Source of the DNA: Camelus ferus
Taxonomy: Eukaryota
DNA: 64,000 nt
Assembly: GCF_009834535.1 (NCBI RefSeq)
Contig: NC_045696.1
Location: 72,542,001-72,606,000, forward strand
Direction: 5' to 3'
Positions 1 to 11,333 of this stretch are shown in pieces (positions within the stretch are counted from its first letter, which is position 1; every line of letters begins with the position of its first letter). The notes beneath the pieces are model-generated. The model had not been told where the DNA came from, searched no databases, and saw only the letters and a list, made by a program, of their open reading frames with translations. The translations under genes and the position numbers were made by a program.

Positions 1-3000
1 GCATTTCTGGGCGGAGTCCCTTCTACTCTAAACCCAACACTCTGAGAACTGAAACTTGGTCCCTTTGCAAGATTAGGCTTCCCAAATTAGCTGTCTTTGG
101 TGACAGCAAAAATACCTGCCTGTCCACTTAAGCAAGACTCACCACCTGACTGAGAAACCAAAAGCATGGCCCAAGCCCAGAACAGGTGTTTAACGGGGAA
201 GCTGAAGGGCAGCAGGCTTCCACATGCAGAATCTTTGAGAACATTGCTGTAGGGATTTGGCTGCATGATAGGCTTCTATTACTGTTAAGCAAAATTAAAG
301 GCAGATTCTGTAATACGGGCACAGAAGCCAATGGAGCCTATTTGCTGGACCGCTTGAAAATCCTGAGTTTTGTTACATTTTCAGAAAGTAGGCATCTCTT
401 ACTGCCATCAAAACTTGTGGTGAGAAAGGATGTTTAAGTTTTGGTTTGTCAAGATGTTTCCAATATATTGTTGTTATTCTTACCTTTTCTGAAAAATATG
501 TTTAATATAAACTGTTAGTTTTGTCCCAAATAATATGTGGAATGTTGGAGGCAACCTCTCATTCATGGTCTTATTTTGTTCACCAAGTACCTTTATGAGG
601 TACATAGAGTGAGGATCATAATGATTATTTTATAGAGGAGGAAGTTGAGGCATTAGAGAGACATTGTTTTATGTTTCTTTCATGGTAAGCTTTGTTCTGA
701 GAAAACAAATATCATCCCTTTTAAAAACTATAGTTATCAAAAAACAAGTTATAAAGCCACAGGAAGGAAGCTGTAATTTTCCCCACTTCATTCTAAGTTG
801 GATCTCCGTAATGTTTGTTCTCACTACCCTCTGTTGTTTTTCTTTATCACTTGGTCTAATGTAGACATATATATTTATTAGTGTGGTTTACTTTGTTCCT
901 TCAGATTGTCAACTCCCTGGGGCCAATCATCATATTTTTACTGGATACCTAGTACCCAGCATCCCTGCTTGGCATGTAATAGGTGCTCAATAAATTCTCT
1001 TTGAGGAACACATGCTTAATGAGTGAACATAAGCAATATGTTTAAATTTTGAAAGGTAAAAAAGCAAGGCAATGGAGAAGTTGGAGGTGAATTAATCCAG
1101 GTGGAAAAGAAATAAAACCTCTCCAATTTGCTTGAGACAATTACAGTTGTATAAACAAATAATGTTAATCAGATCTTTTTTTTTTTCTTTTTTGAGTTTG
1201 CCAGTATCTAAGAAAAGAAACGAGGACTAACAGCAGGGAACTGGGTGGTTCTGAAGGAATTATAAACAAGAAGCTTAGAGTGGGCATGTGAGCAAGTTGA
1301 AACTTAGAGTCTTGTGTGCAAGGGCTTGGAATGTTCTGAAAAGTCCCAAAGTTTTGTACAGACTTAGAGTGAAGAGATTCAAGGTGATTTTAAGGAAGCA
1401 TCCCACTATCCTACCTGAGTGTAAAAGAAACCTCGGTGGATTACAGAGTCACTAACAAGAGTTAAGCATGGAACTTGTTCAGTGGAAGGAGATTCTAATA
1501 GGGAGAGTTCAGGTTAAGCACCTGCTCCCAGCTCTTCCCAGGGTTGGCAGTGTAGCCTTGGTAAAGTCACTAAGCTGCCCTGGGCCACCATTTCTGAACT
1601 TGAATTGGAAAAAGAGATTTTCCAGCTCTAAAAATATATGGTGTTGCTATTATTCCAAGTCTTGCTCTGTGTTGTGTGTCTGTTTTGGAAATAGAATTCC
1701 TATATTTTAAATATTTTCACTTAACTGTTTTAATAAAAATTCTGTTTTCATGAGGGAAAATAAAATCTATATTGCTTTGTAAATTGTACCTGTAGGAAAC
1801 CTAGCTGTCTGGACCATGAGCCTATAACAAAGGCTCAGGAGTCTACCTCATGATTTCTTATCCCATATGCAAAATAAATACATGGAAAGAAAAAGCCTTG
1901 TAAACCCAGATAAGTGCAGTGGTGATATAAATCTGAGGCGAATTTTTGTGAAATGGCTTGCCTATAGTCACAACATGGGTTGGTCCCTTATCCAAGCCCC
2001 GGCCTCCTCTAATTGCCTAATAATAACATTGCATTTCTTCCCAAAATATGGAAAAGAGTTGATATGTTTTCTGAAATATTTAATTGATATTAGGGACTAC
2101 TTTGATTTGGCTCTCTTCAGAAGTAATTTGGGACACGTTAGTATAACAGGTTATTAGTGACTAGAATGGGTTAGGTCTAGGAGACTGGTCAAGAGTCTGG
2201 CCAGGGCCACAGGTCAAATGGGCTATAAGCTGAGTCCAACCAAGAGAGGGAGGGAATGCTAGAATAGTGTGCAGGTTGCAGGGTGGACAGGCAGAAGGCT
2301 ACTGCGTTCATCCAGTAAGCACTTAACAAGCATTTCCTGCCTGTACAGCATTTTACGTCACTGTGACCTTTACAACAAACTCTGTGACCTCTTGTCCAAT
2401 TGTATTGTAATCATTTATGTCCATGTTTACCTCTCCCACCAGTCTGGAATCTGTGAAGGCAGGGACTGGTTCCTCTCTGTTACACCCCTACCCCTGCTCC
2501 CCATCTGCTCAAGCACATCTACATTATTAGACAAACACTCATGATAATTATTGTAACCATTGCTGCTTTTGCCTTTACTCTTGTTATCTGAAGGAACAAC
2601 TATCTAACTTACTAGTTAGCTATGAATTTTAATTACCCATAATAAGCAATTTCGAGAAAATATCCTGGGGAAAAGGGAAATAATTAGTTTATAAGCTATG
2701 GTTTGATCTTACTCAAAAATACACTCACCTTTATTAAACAATAAAACTTGGATTCTAACACCTATATAAATACTGATAAAAGATTCTCCTTTTCAATAAA
2801 GTGTCTTTGGAAGGACTGACAAAGATACACACTGAGACCAATTTATGTGTTAGAAAACTAATTCTTTACAGTGTATCTGTTACCCTGCGTAGTGAATAAT
2901 GCCAGGGACCCTGCCACGTGATCTTAACAGTCCTACTAGCTATCTTGAAACCTCACAAATTTATCCATCTCTTCCTGTTGTTCTTTTTATAGTTTTGTTA

Positions 3001-5129
3001 TATGCATCAAAATTATTTCCAGCACAATGCTAACCTTCTCCATGATCCATATGTTTAAAATAAAAAGGATTGGGAACAAGCTTAATGTCCTCCTCTTGGA
3101 AGTAGTATAAATTCTTAACATAAAAAAAAAAATCGGTGCATGACTCATAAGAATATGTAAGAATAGTTCTGTAGGGCCTTTTACTTTCCCCATTTGTAAA
3201 ATAATTTATATACATGCACTCATAATAAACATTTCATATATGCCTTTGGATTTCTTTTCCCCAAGAAATCCTGTTTATAAGGACACTGCTGTTGAAGGTA
3301 AATAATGGTACAGTTTTGGCCTTTATGATTCCAAACACCAGTAATGTCCTTTCCAGGGCCTTTTCACGATTCTTCTAATCCTCTGTCGCCCTCACCGTCT
3401 TAGGCTAGTTGCTGTTCATGTGCACAAGAGATGAGCTGCAATACCATTATAGGATTCCCTAACAAAAGACGTCCACAGTCATTTTCTAGCATCTTGGAGA
3501 TTGACAAGGTCCCCTCCTGTTTCCCAAGCCCATTTCCCCCCTTATTCCTGGTGATTTCTTTTCTTATACACCAGAAAGAAAGCACCTCGCTGAGTGGTGA
3601 CCTCTCTGGCTACATGGATACCTGCTAGAAACAACAAACCTCACGTGCGAAAACTGCTCCTTGATGTGTTGGGATTGGCGTGATGGCTCCTGTTTGATAT
3701 ACTGGGCTGCTTGGAGCTGCCTTTAAAAAAATCAATCCATATTAAAAATAAAAGTTCCTTTTGAAAATTACTCTTCATATTTCTTTGGGGAGGTTGTGCC
3801 ACAAACCAGCGAAAAGTGCTGCAAAGTGTCATATAATGAAACCACAGGACTCTCTAACAGGCCAGGGAAGGAGAATGTGTCTTGAGTAATTACAACACTT
3901 TCAGTGTTCAGTCAGTGATTCAGTTTATCAGTCATTTCTGGTTTGTTTTCTTGTTGGAAAAACTGAAAAGTTTTAAATGAAATTCAAGATGCCAATTTTA
4001 ATCTTCCATACAATTTCTTTCAAATTGATAAGTATATATATTTTTTCTGTTTCACAAAAGTATGCAAAATAATTGCTTATGAACTTACCATAGGGAGTAA
4101 CTATTCATTGTCAATGTTAATGACAATTTCCCTAAAACTTCATCCTCTATATAGTCATTTTTGCTAGTAGATTTTCCGTTTCAGTTTGTGTATAGAGTAA
4201 ATAATATAAATAAGCATAAGTAATTTGAGAAAAAGAATACACTTTTTAAAAAAGAATATAGTCTTTAGAGAGACAAAATAGTCAGAGGAAATTTTTTCGT
4301 AAATAATCTTCTGTTTCTATCTTCAATTGGAGAGACTCCCTTGTTGTATGTATTGCTTGAACACATATGTTAATTGTTTGTGTATATGAACATACGTGTT
4401 TATATACAGTTTCTGATACACATATATAAACTTTGTTCATTTTTAAAAAAATGTTTTTGATAATGTTCTTCACATGACTCAGTTCAAACGTGAGCATGCC
4501 AGGTGTGGTGGCTCATAGCTCGCTGATGAGGTGGTTCAGGCAAACAGCCAAATGAGAGAGGGTAACTAATGGTGAGCAGCTGTGTTGGTTTAATGGGCCT
4601 GCAAAAGGATCTAACTTGAGTAAAGTTGTTGCAGGACTCCAACCACAGATAAGAGTTTGCTTGGTTTTTCTTTCACAGCCCAGTTAATATATGGGAACGT
4701 GAACACCACTCCTCATGTAGACTCAAAGGATTAAGACAAATTTAAGGTAGGATTTGAAGAGTGTAGAAAAGCATATGTTCAACCTTTACTTGAGTAAAGG
4801 AATGTTCCTATCAGCCTAAAGCATTAAGTTAAAAAAAGAAGAGCTTCATAATTGCACAGAGATTGATCAACTGTTTTGTAGATTTATGACAGGATTTCGG
4901 TAGTAGTCAAGTCTCAACTCCTCCAAATGGCTCAAGGCCTTCCATAAACCAATCTCTCTGTTGTACTGACTGAACTTGAGCTCTTCCAGTTCCCTATTCT
5001 GATCTGATCCAGTTAAGTGAGATCCTTTCACCTCAAACTGTGCTAATTTGCCTCTTTTACCATGTAGGTACCCTCATAGGATGTCTTCCTTGTATCCAAA
5101 CACTGTGGCCTCTGCCATGCCTTCCCAGG

Positions 5130-5640
5130 TATGATATGGTGCAAAGTGCATGGGCTCACTAAGCTGGACAGACCTGGGTTTGAGTCCTGGCTCATCTGTT
5201 TATTTGCTACATGACATTGAAGCCATTTAATTCCTCTGAACTTTGATCTTCCCTTCTGTGAACCAAGGATGATAACAATGATTGCTCCTATTTTATTTGA
5301 GCCCTACTCTAATAATACCAGGTGTCATTTATTTAAAGTTCATGTGGCAATGAATCTAAGCCTCACAATAATTAAGGGTAGTTAATTTAACACCCATTTT
5401 ATAGATGAGAAAACTGAGGCTAGAAAGATTAAGAAGCTTACCTTAGGTCATAGAGCTAGAAATTGGCAGAGATAGAAGTCAAATCTAAAGAGTTTATTTT
5501 AATGATTCCACAACCAATATTTTTTCCCTTCGTGTCATTATTACTCCACCTTACCTTATAGTTTTAATGAAGATTATAAATGATGTATGTAAAATATTTA
5601 AACATAGCAGGCAGGTAATAAAGGTTTTATTGTTATCCGT
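5130..5640. mobile_element. Nested MIR SINEs (minus-strand MIR inside a plus-strand MIR)
   Basis: Plus MIR head (gacctgggtttgagtcctggctc...ttcctctgaac) at ~5130-5280; minus MIR core (cccattttatagatgagaaaactgaggc) at ~5290-5540; plus MIR tail resumes (atgatgtatgtaaaatattta) to ~5640. Confidence 0.7.
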
Positions 5641-6063
5641 TTCTCAGCCCTGCTATCTTTTAAAATTGTTATATAGTATGCATTTTGGTATTAGCTTTAG
5701 TTCTATAAATATTTTTAGTTAATTCATTGGGGTATTTCACACTTTTGTATGGCTGGCTTTACCTTTAGACACAGTAGGAGGCCGTTTATGAAGTGTGATT
5801 TTTAGGAGACACTTTCCAAAATTCCTAAGCTCTTTCTTTGGGATTGGTGCAATGTCTTTTATTCCATGATTAATATAGTGCTTAAAAATGCAAAGTCTCC
5901 CAAGAATATTTTGCATTAAATATATTTATTCAATTAACATTTATTGAGGATCCCATGGGTATCAGGAACTATCTTAGGCAATGGGCATATAAGATAAATA
6001 AGATGAGTTTCCTTTAGTCTAATTCTACTTCACTGTGAAGAGGGGGAAATAACTGCCTCGAGT

Positions 6064-6363
6064 CACACTGTCTGAGATGATAGCCGTGAGTCACATGTGG
6101 CCCCCGAGCACTTGAAATGCAGCTAGTCCACATTAAGATGTTAAGTGTGTAAAATACACACTGATTTCAAAGACCTTATATGAAAAAAATCATGAAAATA
6201 CTCAGTAATAGTTTTGTAATGATTGCATGTGGAAATGAAAATACTTTGTAATATATCATTAAACCAAATTTCATCTGTTTCTTTTAATGTGGCTACTAGA
6301 AAATTTAACATTCCACATATGGCTCACATTGTGGCTATATTATATTACTTCTGGACAGCACTG
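6064..6363 (-). mobile_element. MER33-like hAT-Charlie DNA transposon (MITE)
   Basis: Characteristic cacatgtggc...agcacttgaaatgcagctagtcc, atgtggctactagaaaatttaa and terminal ggacagcactg; degenerate 8-bp TSD cctcgagt/gcttgagt. Confidence 0.85.
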
Positions 6364-6679
6364 GCTTGAGTAATTGGGGAGAGTTTGTAAGAATTTCATT
6401 TTATAAAAATTAGATCATGCGGTTAATAACTTGTTTGTAACTGTGCTTTCCCAACTCAATAATATAATTGGATGTCATTTATGGATGAACAGTTGTGGAC
6501 TTGAATAGCTTGGGAAGAGCAGAAGTACTAGAACTTTGGGGTAGGACGTAGAACGTCACAATTAGAGGGGATGTAGAAGTCTCTGAGGTCAGAGGTCTCA
6601 TTTGGGAGATGAGCCAACCAAGGGCCAGAGATGATGAGTGGCTTTTGACTCTTTGTTAAAAGCAAACACTCTGGAATTA

Positions 6680-6880
6680 CAGGCTACCATGCTCTGTGCT
6701 AAGCATTTTCTGCATTATCTCCTTAATACTCATGACAACCCACTCGGTAGCCCCTATTGTTATTTCTGTTCAACAAACGAAGAAACTGAGGCTTAGTGGA
6801 GGTCACATAGCCCATAAGTGGCAGAAATGAGACTTCAACTAAGTCTATTTTATTTCAGCAAGGATTTTCAACCATTGCAC
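6680..6880 (-). mobile_element. MIR SINE
   Basis: caggctaccatgctctgtgctaagcatt...gaaactgaggcttag...ggtcacatagcccataagtggcaga resembles the MIR core. Confidence 0.75.
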
Positions 6881-7098
6881 CAGCAGTCCCCGTGTTTTTC
6901 GACTGAACAAACTAATACTTTTTTTAAATGGAAAAAAACCAGGGTTACCCACATTTTATTTCGGCAAAAACAACAGTATTACTACTAATTCTACCACTAT
7001 TTTTTATAACCATTATTTCATAAAGGTAAGAATAGTTAAAATAAAAACGATTGAATAAATATAGTTTTATTTTAAAAACCTCCTTTCATTGCCCACAT

Positions 7099-7720
7099 TT
7101 TTCAGATTTTACCAGGGAGTAATGAAAACAAGAACAAAGGCATTGGAGCAGGGGCTGCTGTGGGACTCAGTAGGAGGAACTCAGTGCGTGGAGCCAGATG
7201 CTGCACCATGCCCAGGTTCAGATTGTCAGGCTCTTCTGCAAGCTCTTGCCATGCTGCAAAGAAGTGTTGATCCTTGTCATGGTTGTCCTGGTCAGTGTGA
7301 CATCCTCCACTCCGCAGGTACTTTATTGTACCTGATCTGCTTGGGGCAGCCTTGTCTGTGGATTATTTATCATTCAGTTCTGGAGATGGACAGTTGCTTT
7401 CTCCATCTCGGTTGCTCTACAAGGATGTGAAACATCGAGGTAGAGTCCTTGGCCTTCAAGAAGCTGGCTCCATTGCACTGCCTTTCTATTTTGGAGCAGG
7501 TTGATGAAACGGACATGCTGTTTTGCCATCACTGTGTCAACTCTGCTTTTATATACAGTTGGCATCTTTTTGCTCTGCTCTCCTTTGCCAGCCAAATAAT
7601 TCTAAGCTCCCGATGCAAACACAGTCCCTCTGTGGCTTGATGCTTCATCAATTTGGAGGTTTCCTAGAGACTGTAGGATTAAGTTGGTATGATACAGATT
7701 TTGCTATTCTCTTTCTGACA
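7099..7720 (-). pseudogene. EBLN: Endogenous bornavirus-like nucleoprotein element (EBLN), degraded; covers central to C-terminal N
   Basis: Minus-strand translation gives collinear blocks matching BoDV-1 N (recalled from memory). 7697-7632 LYHTNLILQSLGNLQIDEASSH vs [22 protein letters not shown] (ungapped, 6/22 identical). 7580-7470 EQSKK...FINLLQNRKAVQW vs EQIKK...LLQMFNPHEAIDW (ungapped, same 37-aa spacing). CPSPELNDK vs FESPGKEFMDQ. 7329-7315 TIK-YL vs TIKEYL. 7304-7290 DVTLT vs DATLT. From 7263 FFAAWQELAEEPDNL--NLGMVQH-----LAPRTEF vs [35 protein letters not shown]. Final block MPLFLFSLLPG vs MAGYRASTIQPG. In-frame stops (7604-7602, 7365-7363, 7104-7102) and several frameshifts. Confidence 0.85.
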
Positions 7721-9149
7721 CATATACACGTCAGCACGTCACTCATATTTAATGATTATTACATGGCAAGTGTCTTTAAAGAGTTTTTAGTTTCTGTGGA
7801 GAAAAGTAAGCTCCAAATGTTATTGTTAGTGTTGTAAATGTTAGTGTTGCTGTTGTTTTTTGTGTTAACTTGTTTAGACAGGACTGGTACCTAGTGACTT
7901 TGAATTAGGTAAAAGAGAAAAAAAAAAAAAAGGAACAAAAACAAAAACCCCAAAACCCTTAAATTAAGTATCAGAAAAGTCTTCACAGTATTTAAAATAA
8001 ACCTTACATGAAAAATTAAGGATTGGTGAGAAAAAGGAGAAACAGCATTGGATTGTGACGCTGTATCAGTGCCTGTGAGTGCTTCTTAGCTACTGCACCA
8101 AAAAGCATGTGTAAGAACGGAGGTAACATGTTTGTTACTTTTATTAATTACTAAAAAAGTTTTTTTCTACGTTTTATGTTTTTATTTATAACATTTAAAA
8201 ACAGTTTTAGATAATTGATTTCTTTCAGGAGTTCTCCATTCAGTTGCACATTGAATATAATAAGTGTTGAATGATGCCAATATTTTTGTCTTTCTCCACT
8301 TGGGAAATTGGAGTTCTAGTCTTCATTTTTCCATAACTGTTTTTTAATTGATGAAGGAAATTTTTCTTTTATCCCAGGGTTACTAACCTTCCTCAGCCTT
8401 TTGTGTATCCCCCAATCAAAAGGTTTTTGATTATCTAAAGAAATGACACCCACTGGTTCGCCTTTATAGATCATTTTGTTACCTCTTTCAAAGCATCTTA
8501 ACAGGTTGGGGAGCCCAGATTTACCCTAACAAAAGCCAGGCTGGTCGCTCCCTTTTGTAACCTCCTCCTCTAAGCAATTTATAACTTTCCCTTCAGTGCA
8601 CGGCTGAATTGGTTCTACTGGGATCCAAGAGCAGCTGTGGGGGGTCCTGGATTGTTTTCAGAGGTCATCACAGGATCTTTCTAGAAAATTAAGGCAGCAC
8701 TGACAATTCTCAGCCCCCAGAAGGATAAAGGGAAAAACTTTTTTTTTTTTTCAAACCTTGTTGATTTCTGCTTGTTACTTAATCTTTTTAATGATTTCCA
8801 ACCATTGGAAGTTTAGGTTGTGTCCTGAGTTATCTTAGGTTTAGGGTAGCTGCCTAATGAGAACTAGAGATTAAAGTGAAGGGGATGTTGGGGGAAAGCA
8901 GAGGTGACCCTTAGGGCACAGTCTTGGGGGAGAGACAGGAGAAACTTATAGAGTTTTAAATTCTTAAAAGATTTTTTAATTTTAATTTTTTCAAAAATTT
9001 AGAATTGAAAATTCTAGAAATCATTAGCCTGGATGAAGGCAAAACTCATGCTGTTGATAAATAAAAAAAAGATGTGCAAGGTAGCAATTCATTTTTTTCC
9101 TATTACACAAGTGAAACACAAATACTTTTTTCTTGTAGTAAATGTCCTA

Positions 9150-9570
9150 ACCAGAACAGAAGCATAGAGTGAAGGTTGTTCTTTGTCTTCCATTCCTTTT
9201 CTTAAAGGAAGCCATTGTCATCAGTTTGAAATGTATTTTTTCTGTTAATTTATATTCACATATACTCTACAGATATAGAGAATATATTTTTGAGTTGATG
9301 TAATGGGGTCCATACTGCATAAACTGTGACTTGCTTTTTCACTTTACAATATGTCTTGAAAATCTTTGCATGTTAATATATATAGATCTACTATATTCTT
9401 TTTAAGGTCCATACTAGAAACTATACAGTATGTCCAGTTGATAGACATTGTCAATGTTTATAAATTTTGTTATTATAAGCAGCAGTGCAATGAACGTACT
9501 CACGCAAACACCTATGGGCACCTGAGTGAGTATCTGTAGAAGAATTTCCTGGAAGTGGAATAGCCAGTCC
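9150..9570 (-). mobile_element. Old L1 (L1M/L1ME-type) 3' fragment
   Basis: ttgctttttcactttacaatatgtcttgaaaatc...gttgatagacatt...ttcctggaagtggaatagc resembles the L1 ORF2 end/3'UTR in antisense. Confidence 0.7.
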
Positions 9571-10080
9571 CATTCATTCTCAACTAAACACTCTCTAACA
9601 GATATGCTCTACCTCCATAATTTGCTACTCACACAGCACACAAAGTTATTTCTGAAAATGTAAATAAATGCTTCGAAGGCTTTCTCTTGCTTCAGGATGA
9701 TGACCTTGACACAGCTTTTCAAGTCCTGTCTCTGGCCACTGCTTACCCCTCATTTCTCATGGTTCTTTATGCTCCAGTCAAGTGATGCTACTTTAGTTCT
9801 CTGGTTTCCTTAGCCTCTCTTTCACATGCATTTAGGTGTTTATACCATAGTCCTGTCTGTTTGGATGCCCTTCCCAACTCCCAAATTTTATTCATCTTTA
9901 GATTTCAGATCGAAAATAATTTTCTCCAGGAAGCTTTCCCTAAACCACTCTAATCTCCAGTCTGCACCCACCCCAGGCACACACATGCACACAAATTTCT
10001 GAGATGTCCCTGTACATATCCCCTCATAGTGCTCAATTCTTCACGTTAAGTGGTGCCTCCCTACTTATATGAATTCCCCC
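9570..10080 (+). mobile_element. L2 LINE fragment
   Basis: Pyrimidine-rich L2 3' region motifs (ttctgaaaatgtaaat, tctggccactgcttacc, ctccaggaagctttcccta). Confidence 0.55.
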
Positions 10081-10324
10081 AAATCCCTTATGTCTGTCAT
10101 ACCAGTTACTGATAATGTCATGGTGTTGCATCAGGCCCCATAAGATTCTGAGGTATCTCCTTGGAACATTAAGTTATTTCACAGAGTCTAGCACAGTGCA
10201 TGCCATTATAAAGGTATTTCTCTGAAATAGGTGATCTTAGGTGGGAAATTGATGATTTTGTTGAAAGGGAAAATACAAATTCACAGAATTACAGCACTAG
10301 AAGTGCGCTTGGAAATCATCTAGT

Positions 10325-10478
10325 TTCTTGCTACTCAAAATGTGCTCTGTGGATCAGCAGCCTCATATCACCTAGGGGCTTGTCAGAAATGCCTCGTCCC
10401 TGACCTACTGAATCCAATTCTTCATTTTAATAAGCTCCCAGGTGATTCTCTTGCACATGAAATGATGAGAAACACTAC
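10325..10478 (+). mobile_element. MER5A-like hAT-Charlie MITE
   Basis: ctactcaaaatgtg...cagcagc...cagaaatgc...gacctactgaatc...cccaggtgattc...tgagaaacact. Confidence 0.8.
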
Positions 10479-10481
10479 TTA

Positions 10482-10668
10482 AGTTTTCAGTCTGGCTCTA
10501 TACTAAAATCACCCTGGGAACATTTTATAAATATCAGTGCAAGGTTCCATGTCCCGTAGTTTCTGATTCTGCTGGTCTAGGGAAGGGCCAGGCAGGACAT
10601 TGCTGTTGTTACTGGTTTTTAACTTCAGAAATGATTCCAAGTGTAGTAGCCAGAGTTGGAAATCCCTG
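10482..10668. mobile_element. MER5B-like hAT-Charlie MITE
   Basis: ctggctctatactaaaatcacc...ttctgattctgctggtctaggg...gccagagttggaaatccctg. Confidence 0.65.
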
Positions 10669-11285
10669 ACTTGGGCCCTTTCTTTTCTTATGGCATTGAT
10701 AAGAATGCTGTAGACAGCAATTTGGTGGCCAAATTGTGATTAGAACTCAAGGTTACTTATTCTAGTCCTGTGTTCTTTCTCCCATACCAACAGTCTCCAA
10801 GTAATCTCTCAGAAATCTTATAAAGGATATTCTAATAGCCACATTCCATTTTTCAGAGGAAAAAGTGAATTGTCCAAGATGAGTTCCAGCAACTGGACAA
10901 TAAGTTAGATCCAAAGAATTTCCTGTGCTTTGTCTCTCCCTGTACTTCTCATCATAAGCATTTTGTCAGGTGAAACCCTTGACCCTGTGCAGGGTTTGGG
11001 TCAAATCACCCCTAGATGTGTCTCCAGATTCATCCTCTGACAAGGAAGACGGGCACCCCCTCCTCATCACCGAACTTGAAACATACCTATAAAACACAGC
11101 CTCCTAAAAATATGCCCTTTCAGAGAAGGCCGCTTCTTTAATTCCAAATTCCAAAGGAGGGTCACAGTCTCAGGAAGCATAAATAAAACCCCAGATACTT
11201 TGGCACCTGCACCTGAAACCAGCAAGTTTGCTGCGGGTTTTGGTTTCTAAAAAAAGTTTACCTGGGCTCTTACTTTACTCCTCAG

Positions 11286-11333
11286 ATGCTGCTGTTCTCA
11301 GCAATTGGAGAGCAGCCCCCACCTCTTACGCAG
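11286..11333 (+). other. Candidate 48-nt exon (unverified)
   Basis: ctcttactttactcctcag acceptor and CAG|GTGAGA donor; open in all three frames. Confidence 0.3.

Noticed and set aside
43..53. miR-146-like TGAGAACTGAA
   Set aside because: The match ends after 11 nt and no precursor hairpin is evident.
7089..7837. Plus-strand track ORFs (113, 63 and 104 aa) as a host gene, or the region as a cellular processed pseudogene or RTE reverse transcriptase
   Set aside because: No recognisable cellular protein; the RT-like FAAWQ resemblance lacks the correct spacing; the minus-strand bornaviral N alignment explains the region far better.
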